The notes below the pieces were generated by a model. It saw nothing but the letters and a program-made list of their open reading frames with translations, was not told where the DNA came from and ran no database searches. A DNA stretch of 40,161 bases, from positions 1-40,161 of IMG/VR virus record IMGVR_UViG_3300017912_002988; one strand, 5' to 3'. Positions 1 to 6,385 of the stretch are shown piece by piece. This DNA is from a virus. Lineage: Duplodnaviria; Caudoviricetes. The number at the start of each line of letters is the position of its first letter. The stretch's first letter is position 1. Both the position numbers and the translations under genes were made by a program.

Positions 1-915
1 AAATTGATTGATGGTATTGATAATCTTCATGAAGTTTGGAACTTTGATGCGGTTAGAAACTCATATCCACATGATCTTCAGTGGATGGCAGATTTTATTG
101 CTACTGCTCATGAACACACAGAACAGGTTTATTTGAAACATTTCCAAGAATTCATTAAACCTGATGATATTGTTGGATATAGTGGTGGTATTGCTCAGAA
201 TACAATCATCAATAAAGTTCTGAGAGATAACATTCCAAATTTAGTAATTCCTCCTCATGCAAATGATCAGGGATTGAGTCTAGGATGCGTTGAATACCTC
301 CGAAAACACTTCTCTGAAGCACCATTCCCTCGGGATGGTTTCCCCTACTGGCAGACGGACCAGGCACCCCCTCAGAGACCCTCTCAGGAGGTCATAAAGG
401 ACACTGCGGAGAGACTTGCTAGGGGTGAGGTTGTAGGGTGGTATCAGGGTCATGGAGAGGTCGGTCCTAGAGCATTAGGAAACAGGAGCATCCTTATGCG
501 ACCTGATCTTGAAGATGGGAAAGATCTTATTAATAAGAAGGTAAAGAAGAGAGAACCTTTCCGACCATTTGGTGCTTCTATATTGGAAGAAAAGGTATCA
601 CAATATTTCTATTGGAATGGTCCATCGCCCCATATGTTGTATGTAACTGATGTTCTGGAACCAGACAGATTCCCATCAATTACACATGCTGATGGAACTT
701 GTAGGCACCAGACTGTTTCTCTTGAACAGAATGAAGATTATTACAAATTAATTTCTGAGTTTGAAAAGTTGACGGGTATTCCAATGCTTCTCAATACCTC
801 ATTGAATGTCAACAAAAAACCAATCGCGGGAAGGATTAATGACGTTATTGGAGTTTTCCGTAAGAGTGAAATGGATACAATTGTTACAGGAAATAAACTG
901 ATTGATAAATCCTAA
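1..915 (+). CDS. Carbamoyltransferase (NodU/CmcH family), 5'-truncated by the window edge
   Basis: Motifs SGGIAQN, PPHANDQGLSLG, GWYQGHGEVGPRALGNRSIL, KKREPFRPF, THADGTCRHQTV, LLNTSLN. Confidence 0.9.
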   Translation, partial: KLIDGIDNLHEVWNFDAVRNSYPHDLQWMADFIATAHEHTEQVYLKHFQEFIKPDDIVGYSGGIAQNTIINKVLRDNIPNLVIPPHANDQGLSLGCVEYLRKHFSEAPFPRDGFPYWQTDQAPPQRPSQEVIKDTAERLARGEVVGWYQGHGEVGPRALGNRSILMRPDLEDGKDLINKKVKKREPFRPFGASILEEKVSQYFYWNGPSPHMLYVTDVLEPDRFPSITHADGTCRHQTVSLEQNEDYYKLISEFEKLTGIPMLLNTSLNVNKKPIAGRINDVIGVFRKSEMDTIVTGNKLIDKS

Positions 916-918
916 ATA
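912..918 (+). promoter_or_regulatory. T4-type late promoter-like CTAAATA
   Basis: CTAAATA about 22 nt upstream of the HNH ATG; the same motif recurs before other genes. Confidence 0.45.
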
Positions 919-940
919 ATTTTGTCTTCAGCAGAAATGC

Positions 941-1348
941 ATGGAAGTTTTTAGCTCACCCGAAGATTATCTTTTTAATCTTCACACTTGTTCACCAGGA
1001 GAAGCTAGACGCATATGGAAAGACTCTATAAAACAATCTTTTGATTACAAATGTGCCTACTGTGGGTCACGGGAACATCTCACTCTCGATCACGTTATAC
1101 CCCGTTTTGCAGGAGGCACCGACGAAACCAAAAATCTTGTTTGTGCATGTAATGACTGCAATAAAGACAAGTCCCATGAGGACTGGCGCACATGGTACAA
1201 TAGACAGTCATTCTATGATCCCTATAAAGAACAAAAAATTACAGAGTGGCAAAATCAAAACATTGGAAATTTCTCCAATTATATTGAAACGAAGCGGGCA
1301 GGACTAGTCTTGACCCGCAATAATTTTGTCTATAAAAAAAATAAATAA
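941..1348 (+). CDS. HNH endonuclease
   Basis: CAYCG...LTLDHVIPRFAGG...NLVCACNDCNKDK (zinc-binding HNH). Confidence 0.9.
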   Translation: MEVFSSPEDYLFNLHTCSPGEARRIWKDSIKQSFDYKCAYCGSREHLTLDHVIPRFAGGTDETKNLVCACNDCNKDKSHEDWRTWYNRQSFYDPYKEQKITEWQNQNIGNFSNYIETKRAGLVLTRNNFVYKKNK

Positions 1349-1350
1349 AC

Positions 1351-1366
1351 TGTATCACATATTACA
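1351..1366. promoter_or_regulatory. NtcA binding site (TGTA-N8-TACA)
   Basis: TGTATCACATATTACA matches the cyanobacterial NtcA consensus GTA-N8-TAC with flanking T/A; lies 7 nt upstream of a -35 box. Confidence 0.65.
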
Positions 1367-1373
1367 TAACTAC

Positions 1374-1402
1374 TTGCCTATATACTCTATAGGGTCTATA
1401 AT
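1374..1402 (+). promoter_or_regulatory. sigma70-type promoter
   Basis: TTGCCT (1374-1379), 17 bp spacer, TATAAT (1397-1402); predicted TSS ~1409-1410 coincides with the start of the riboswitch-like motif. Confidence 0.75.
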
Positions 1403-1419
1403 AGACCTACGTTCATCCA

Positions 1420-1620
1420 ATGATAAGCATACTGCTGGCATTAACCCTTGCCCATCATGATGACACCAACCCCTACGGGTGGCATATGTCTTGTGAAAGG
1501 TTCCTACAGAGAAGAGTTGAAATCCTTATGGATGACAACTTGGATCGACGATCTAAGTATAACCTTATTGGTTATCTTAAATCAAAGGTTGAAGGTAAAT
1601 GCGATGGTATGTTAATCTAG
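1420..1620 (+). CDS. Small hypothetical protein (66 aa), hydrophobic N-terminus, two Cys; nested in aptamer 1
   Basis: ORF track; resembles 1656..1829. Confidence 0.7.
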   Translation: MISILLALTLAHHDDTNPYGWHMSCERFLQRRVEILMDDNLDRRSKYNLIGYLKSKVEGKCDGMLI

Positions 1621-1655
1621 GACGCAAGTAAGTCGCGGAACGGAGCGTTCATCCT

Positions 1656-1829
1656 ATGATTGAGTTAGCACTATTGGCGAGTCTTAATCGGGGTCCTCAA
1701 ATGACCTGTTTACAGGTCAGAGAAGTTGCAGAGACCGTAATGGAATCCAACATGAGTGATCGCGATAAAGAAAAACTTCTATCAAAATTGTTTGGTAGAT
1801 TCATGACGCTAAAGTGTCTCAAAAACTAG
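1656..1829 (+). CDS. Small hypothetical protein (57 aa), paralog of 1420..1620; nested in aptamer 2
   Basis: Manual translation MIELALLASLNRGPQMTCLQVREVAETVMESNMSDRDKEKLLSKLFGRFMTLKCLKN; below the ORF-track cutoff. Confidence 0.7.
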   Translation: MIELALLASLNRGPQMTCLQVREVAETVMESNMSDRDKEKLLSKLFGRFMTLKCLKN

Positions 1830-1910
1830 GACGCAAACGACTGAAGGAACGGGAAAACGGATCCACCGAAAGGTGAGAAGGTTAACTTTCCATTCATTCA
1901 GGTACGACAA

Positions 1911-2075
1911 ATGAACACACTTACAATCATCAAAAAGCAAATTGAGAAAGCAGCACGTCTGCACGATGCACAAATCATGCACACTACATATCGTGGTGTC
2001 AAGTATGAGTGCAAGCAGGAAGGCGAAGAAGTGCATGGCACTTTTTGCTATCGCGGCCGCAACTACAGTAAGTGA
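1911..2075 (+). CDS. DUF4278-like YRG-motif peptide (54 aa)
   Basis: Manual translation MNTLTIIKKQIEKAARLHDAQIMHTTYRGVKYECKQEGEEVHGTFCYRGRNYSK; two YRG motifs, typical of peptides downstream of cyanobacterial glutamine riboswitches. Confidence 0.75.
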   Translation: MNTLTIIKKQIEKAARLHDAQIMHTTYRGVKYECKQEGEEVHGTFCYRGRNYSK

Positions 2076-2079
2076 TGTC

Positions 2080-2172
2080 ATGGAAGCACTACAAATCGTA
2101 GGGTCAATTACCCTTGGTTGTGTTGCGGCGATGACATTACTTTACGGAGAGATTCTTCTCCTCCAAAAATAA
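2080..2172 (+). CDS. 30-aa hydrophobic (single transmembrane) peptide
   Basis: MEALQIVGSITLGCVAAMTLLYGEILLLQK; starts 4 nt after the previous stop and ends just before a terminator. Confidence 0.5.
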   Translation: MEALQIVGSITLGCVAAMTLLYGEILLLQK

Positions 2173-2174
2173 AC

Positions 2175-2201
2175 GAGAGGGGTTGTCACCCCTCTTTTTT
2201 T
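2175..2201 (+). terminator. Rho-independent terminator
   Basis: AGAGGGGT-TGTC-ACCCCTCT followed by a T run. Confidence 0.85.
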
Positions 2202-2235
2202 GTGGTAGCATCTAAATATTATCTTTGGAGGGTGT

Positions 2236-2400
2236 ATGAATTCTTCTGATATTACTCTGTCTAGTACGGCAAAGATGTTTGAGTATGAGAAGATGTCCAG
2301 AGAGATTGATGCATGTAATGATGTAGAAACTCTCAAAGAAATGCTCAGATGTCAAGTAAAGATGTATATGAAACTTCAGGAAACCGTAGCAAGAATTTAA
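2236..2400 (+). CDS. nblA: NblA-like phycobilisome degradation protein (54 aa)
   Basis: Manual translation MNSSDITLSSTAKMFEYEKMSREIDACNDVETLKEMLRCQVKMYMKLQETVARI; NblA size and two-helix pattern; GGAGG RBS; CTAAATA at 2212-2218. Confidence 0.6.
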   Translation: MNSSDITLSSTAKMFEYEKMSREIDACNDVETLKEMLRCQVKMYMKLQETVARI

Positions 2401-2401
2401 A

Positions 2402-2980
2402 GTGACACTTATATACAATGGTCCAATTTTTCCAGAACCAAATTATTTGCACATAAGATCGGAAAATTGGGAAAGTAAAAAGAAAATATTGCTTTCTATA
2501 TTACGGTCTGACAAATTGATAAAAGATGATATGGATGGAACTCGCGTCTATACGGATTATCATCATCAACTGGATAGAAATCTTGATTATTACTCTAGTG
2601 ACTTGCCCACAATATTTGAAAACGAATTAGAAATTGCTCTTCATGAATTAAAGGCTTTTGATTTTAAAATTATAACATCTTGGTTTGAAAATTCGGAAAA
2701 ATATTGTTGCCATGGAATTCATAATCATGGATCTGCTGGTCATAGTGCAGTTTGTTTTGTGGAATATGACGAAAAAGAACATCTTCCTACTAAGTTTCTG
2801 AGTAGTTCATTGCTTCCTACTACTCATGAAGCGATGATTCATGTGCCCCCAAATGTAAAAGAGGGGGATATTATCATATTTCCTTCAAATGTAATGCATT
2901 TCACCGATCCTGTCGTATCAGATAAATCTCGTCTAATTATTTCTTGGAACATAAGATTTGAGTTCAATGATTATCAATGA
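2402..2980 (+). CDS. Putative 2OG-Fe(II) oxygenase
   Basis: HGIHNH...SAVCFV...EGDIIIFPSNVMH...RLIISWN. Confidence 0.75.
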   Translation: MTLIYNGPIFPEPNYLHIRSENWESKKKILLSILRSDKLIKDDMDGTRVYTDYHHQLDRNLDYYSSDLPTIFENELEIALHELKAFDFKIITSWFENSEKYCCHGIHNHGSAGHSAVCFVEYDEKEHLPTKFLSSSLLPTTHEAMIHVPPNVKEGDIIIFPSNVMHFTDPVVSDKSRLIISWNIRFEFNDYQ

Positions 2981-3191
2981 AGGCGACAATGTTGTATTTC
3001 TTGGGTGTTCTCCCGAACAAGTAAAGTGGGGGAATAATGACGATCCCAATGAAATCTTGGAAATAGGTTCTACATATAAGGTGGTATCAGTTGACATTCA
3101 TAGTCAACATACTAAAATATCTTTGGATGGATTTTTGGGTAAATTTAATAGTGTTTGCTTTTCTAAAGAATATGCCTCTCAGGAGATATGA
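2967..3191 (+). CDS. Hypothetical protein
   Basis: ORF track (ATG at 2967 preferred); overlaps both neighbours. Confidence 0.6.
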   Translation: MIINEGDNVVFLGCSPEQVKWGNNDDPNEILEIGSTYKVVSVDIHSQHTKISLDGFLGKFNSVCFSKEYASQEI

Positions 3192-3655
3192 TACGGACAT
3201 CTAAATATCCAGATTATGAAGAAATAAATCCAAAGTTAATCGAATGGATTGATTTCTTACCTAATATGGGCGAGGATGAGGATACCAATCTATATGTCCA
3301 TAAAAGAACTCCATATAATTGTTATCCATCAGTATTCAAAGAACTTGGCAGATGGGTTTTGAAAACATTTCAAATTTCTGAACCACGGGTATCCGTTCAC
3401 TCAGAAATTTGGGGAGCTGTTTATAATGAGGGACATTATGCTGAAGTTCATACTCATGGTGATGATACCACCTCTTTTGTTTATTATGTAAATGCTCCAC
3501 CTGGATCTTCACCAATAGTTTTTCCCGACCTAGGGAAACAGTTTGATCCAGAACCTGGGCTTTGCATAGTATTTGATGGAAAGGAACGACATGAAGTTCC
3601 TGAAAACAATTCACATAATAGAATTATCATAGCAGGAAACTTTTACACAAAATAA
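3188..3655 (+). CDS. Putative 2OG-Fe(II) oxygenase
   Basis: WGAVY...HTH...SFVYYV...GLCIVFDG..RHEV...RIIIAGN. Confidence 0.75.
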   Translation: MIRTSKYPDYEEINPKLIEWIDFLPNMGEDEDTNLYVHKRTPYNCYPSVFKELGRWVLKTFQISEPRVSVHSEIWGAVYNEGHYAEVHTHGDDTTSFVYYVNAPPGSSPIVFPDLGKQFDPEPGLCIVFDGKERHEVPENNSHNRIIIAGNFYTK

Positions 3656-3656
3656 C

Positions 3657-3791
3657 ATGGAAAACCTATCAGAAAAACAACTTCTAGTTATTCTAGATTC
3701 TCTTCGGAACACTCAAGCAAGATACACTGTTGGCGATAGATTTTGGCAAGACTATCAAGAAATTATTGACTTTCTAAAAAAAAAATTTTGA
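3657..3791 (+). CDS. Hypothetical protein (44 aa)
   Basis: Manual translation MENLSEKQLLVILDSLRNTQARYTVGDRFWQDYQEIIDFLKKKF; fills the gap between ORFs. Confidence 0.55.
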   Translation: MENLSEKQLLVILDSLRNTQARYTVGDRFWQDYQEIIDFLKKKF

Positions 3792-3796
3792 GCATC

Positions 3797-4048
3797 ATGA
3801 ACCAATCGGCAAAATGCCACATCGCAGAGGCAACTAAACATATTCGTAGTGCTATTAAGTATTCTGTTGAAACTGACGATACCGCTTTGATCTGTAAATT
3901 GACCGAAGTATTGCAACTATTTGATAGCTGGGTAGAGACTAAGACTAAGGAGATTTCAGAAACTGGAATTTTGAATAATACTAAATTCAGATGGAAAAAT
4001 GAATATTCTTTCGTTCCCGCTTTACAAACAAGCGATGATGTTCTATAG
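3797..4048 (+). CDS. Hypothetical protein
   Basis: ORF track (ATG at 3797 preferred). Confidence 0.55.
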   Translation: MNQSAKCHIAEATKHIRSAIKYSVETDDTALICKLTEVLQLFDSWVETKTKEISETGILNNTKFRWKNEYSFVPALQTSDDVL

Positions 4049-4069
4049 TATAAAAACCGTTATCATATT

Positions 4070-4366
4070 ATGAATACTTTTCTCACTATCATACTGAGTA
4101 ATTTTGTTTTTTATGTTTTAATTAGAATTAATCTAGTTAAAAAATTTCGTAATTCATACTCCATTTGGATTAAAGATGGTGACGGCAATCGACAAACATT
4201 ATCGGATACTATTGCTTATTTGATCGAACAAAATCAAATTCAAGAAAAAAGAATTATGTATTTGGTCGATGAAATAGAACAACAATGGTTGAACATTGAA
4301 CAAATTAAAACAGCTACAGGAACGGAACGTTTTTGTAGTGATAGGGAGGTAAAAAACCGTGTATGA
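4070..4366 (+). CDS. Hypothetical protein, N-terminal TM segment and coiled coil
   Basis: ORF track; hydrophobic first 20 aa. Confidence 0.55.
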   Translation: MNTFLTIILSNFVFYVLIRINLVKKFRNSYSIWIKDGDGNRQTLSDTIAYLIEQNQIQEKRIMYLVDEIEQQWLNIEQIKTATGTERFCSDREVKNRV

Positions 4367-4529
4367 GGAACTAAATTGCTTTGAAGAAGCACTAAAACAC
4401 TTTGGAACAAGAGTTGAGATCATTACTGCCATGGAAATGGCAAGAAAAATTTCTGCAGAAGATGCATATCAACTGATCAAAGACGAACTTAAAAGTGTAA
4501 AAAAATGTCGTAAGGAATGTAAGTCATGA
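4359..4529 (+). CDS. Small hypothetical protein (56 aa, GTG start)
   Basis: MYEELNCFEEALKHFGTRVEIITAMEMARKISAEDAYQLIKDELKSVKKCRKECKS; GGAGGT RBS; ATGA overlap with talC. Confidence 0.65.
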   Translation: MYEELNCFEEALKHFGTRVEIITAMEMARKISAEDAYQLIKDELKSVKKCRKECKS

Positions 4530-5179
4530 AAATTTTCTTAGATACTGCTAATTTTGATGAAATTCAAAAAAGAGACTCAACTGGTCTCATTGATGGAGTT
4601 ACCACCAATCCATCTCTTATCCTAAAGAGTGGTGGAGATCCTGTAGAGGTCATTAAACGTATTTCTGGGGAGTTTCCACACTTCGAGTCTATTTCCGCTG
4701 AAGTGGTTGCAGACAATGCTCCTGAAATGATTGATCAAGCTCAGGCTTTCAAGGAACTGCATAATGTTACAATTAAAGTACCTTGCACTGTTGAGGGACT
4801 AAAGGCATGTAAGGCTTTGCGTGGTGATGGATTCACTACTAATGTTACTCTCGTATTCTCTGTTGCTCAGGCAATTTTGGCTGCGAAATCAGATGCAACC
4901 TATGTCTCTCCATTTGTTGGCCGACTCAATGACAATTCTTTCAGTGGTGTAGAACTTGTGCGTTCTATCTCCATGTGTTATAGAGAACATATGGTTCGCA
5001 CTAATATTCTTTCAGCATCTCTTCGTGATGTTCATCACGTATCTAGATGTTTCGCTTATGGTTCCGAAGTATGCACTCTTCCCGTTGGAATTTTCGATAA
5101 AATGTATAATCACATTTTGACGGACAGTGGTTTAGAACGTTTTCAAAAAGATTGGGATTCAATTAATGGCACTAAGTAA
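4526..5179 (+). CDS. talC: Transaldolase (TalC/FSA type), auxiliary metabolic gene
   Basis: MKIFLDTA, GVTTNPSLI, IKVPCT, NVTLVFS, YVSPFVGR. Confidence 0.95.
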   Translation: MKIFLDTANFDEIQKRDSTGLIDGVTTNPSLILKSGGDPVEVIKRISGEFPHFESISAEVVADNAPEMIDQAQAFKELHNVTIKVPCTVEGLKACKALRGDGFTTNVTLVFSVAQAILAAKSDATYVSPFVGRLNDNSFSGVELVRSISMCYREHMVRTNILSASLRDVHHVSRCFAYGSEVCTLPVGIFDKMYNHILTDSGLERFQKDWDSINGTK

Positions 5180-5369
5180 ATCAGTATTAGAATCACTTAA
5201 AGACTCAGAATCTAGTTTGCGTAATGCACTTGCTTTTTCCGCTAGGTCCGAAAGACCTTTTGTTGCAAAAACAATTGCAACTATGATTGCAGAACTTGAT
5301 AGTTTAATTCATATAGATAGTTTGATGGACACTATGGAACATTCATTGGAAGATACTAATAATGAGTGA
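5166..5369 (+). CDS. Hypothetical protein
   Basis: ORF track; overlapping operon arrangement. Confidence 0.65.
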   Translation: MALSKSVLESLKDSESSLRNALAFSARSERPFVAKTIATMIAELDSLIHIDSLMDTMEHSLEDTNNE

Positions 5370-5565
5370 AGACTGGAGATATACCGAAGAACGCATGAAT
5401 CTTCGACAAGAAGTATTTTTAGCACTCAAAAAATACAACACACTTTCAAATGTCCGCTTCCTCTACGAATTTTGTCATGACTGGGTATCGCAAGGAAACC
5501 AGTCGGTATCAAACTGCGAGCAGCACTTTCTCCAATATAGAGAACAGGTTGCAACTAAAACCTGA
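5362..5565 (+). CDS. Hypothetical protein
   Basis: ORF track; overlapping operon arrangement. Confidence 0.6.
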   Translation: MSEDWRYTEERMNLRQEVFLALKKYNTLSNVRFLYEFCHDWVSQGNQSVSNCEQHFLQYREQVATKT

Positions 5566-5725
5566 TTGCATGGTCAAGATTCAAACGGCACCAGATCAAT
5601 ACGTTACGGGTAGAGTTCTTGTTATTCTAGATAGATACTTTACAGTTTGTATAAATGAAACTACGTTAACCGCATTATGTGTTTTTCGTGAAAACTGGTC
5701 CGAAGTAGAATTACTATCATTATAA
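5549..5725 (+). CDS. Hypothetical protein (start uncertain: TTG 5549 or ATG 5570)
   Basis: C-terminal part of ORF 5450..5725 fills the gap. Confidence 0.5.
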   Translation: MQLKPDCMVKIQTAPDQYVTGRVLVILDRYFTVCINETTLTALCVFRENWSEVELLSL

Positions 5726-5730
5726 AAAAA

Positions 5731-5964
5731 ATGTTTACAATTTACGGAAAAGAAGATTGTGGTATGTGCCACAAACTAAAAATGGTATTGGAACTGTTGG
5801 GGAAGGACTATGATTATCTCCTTCTAGGGGAAGATTATAGTGAGGAGGATTTTGAAATTAAATTCCCAGGAAAAACTCTCATGCCTCAAGTGGAAAAGGA
5901 CGGTGTATATGTCGGTAACGGCAATGAAACGGTTCAATATCTAAAAGAACAACGCATTTTTTAA
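5731..5964 (+). CDS. Glutaredoxin
   Basis: FTIYGKEDCGMC (CxxC)...MPQV...YVG; 77 aa. Confidence 0.85.
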   Translation: MFTIYGKEDCGMCHKLKMVLELLGKDYDYLLLGEDYSEEDFEIKFPGKTLMPQVEKDGVYVGNGNETVQYLKEQRIF

Positions 5965-6138
5965 GTGGAACGTCATAACTTTCACATAAATAAAGGTGTG
6001 GAATTAATATTAAGGGGGGAACCAAAGCCTAAAGACGAAAGGAACACCTGGGAGGTGAGCTTTGGAAAATTGGTTTCTCTTTTCAAACGAGAATACGACT
6101 TCTTTTTCAAGGTTTCACTAAACATAAAAAAGAAGTAA
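5965..6138 (+). CDS. Hypothetical protein (57 aa, GTG start)
   Basis: Manual translation MERHNFHINKGVELILRGEPK...FFFKVSLNIKKK. Confidence 0.5.
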   Translation: MERHNFHINKGVELILRGEPKPKDERNTWEVSFGKLVSLFKREYDFFFKVSLNIKKK

Positions 6139-6157
6139 GACCTCGGAGGAAAGACTC

Positions 6158-6385
6158 ATGGATGCTGCAATTATTGCGATATTTTGTCTACTTAATGTGA
6201 CATTACTGCTCGTCGGTGGTATAATTGGTTGGCTTGCACAACAAAACAACCTGTTTATCTCACAGACAGTACCCGCCCTCCATCCAGAAATGTATGATGA
6301 AAATGGTAATGTTTTGCCAGATGAAATTTTAGCTGTACGATTTGAGAATGACTATGACGACGAAGAAACCTACGACGAGGATTAG
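6158..6385 (+). CDS. Small membrane protein with acidic tail
   Basis: TM helix followed by HPEMYDENGNVLPDEILAVRFE; GGAGG RBS. Confidence 0.7.
   Translation: MDAAIIAIFCLLNVTLLLVGGIIGWLAQQNNLFISQTVPALHPEMYDENGNVLPDEILAVRFENDYDDEETYDED

Larger units (their letters stand above)
1410..1851 (+). ncRNA. Tandem glutamine-riboswitch-like RNA (glnA / Downstream-peptide family) with ORFs inside the P2 loops
   Basis: Two units CGTTC-A-TCC...GGA-CGCAA...GGAACG (1410-1642 and 1646-1851); E-loop-like AGTA/GAA flanking AGTCG/CGACT; upstream of a YRG-motif peptide. Confidence 0.7.

Noticed and set aside
1410-1851. Repeats read as a CRISPR array or integron attC cassette array
   Set aside because: Only two short imperfect units with ~200-nt coding inserts; no cas or integrase in the window; riboswitch consensus fits better
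1942-2172. 76-aa ORF in the track
   Set aside because: Its 5' part overlaps the better-supported YRG peptide (1911..2075) in another frame; only the part from ATG 2080 is kept
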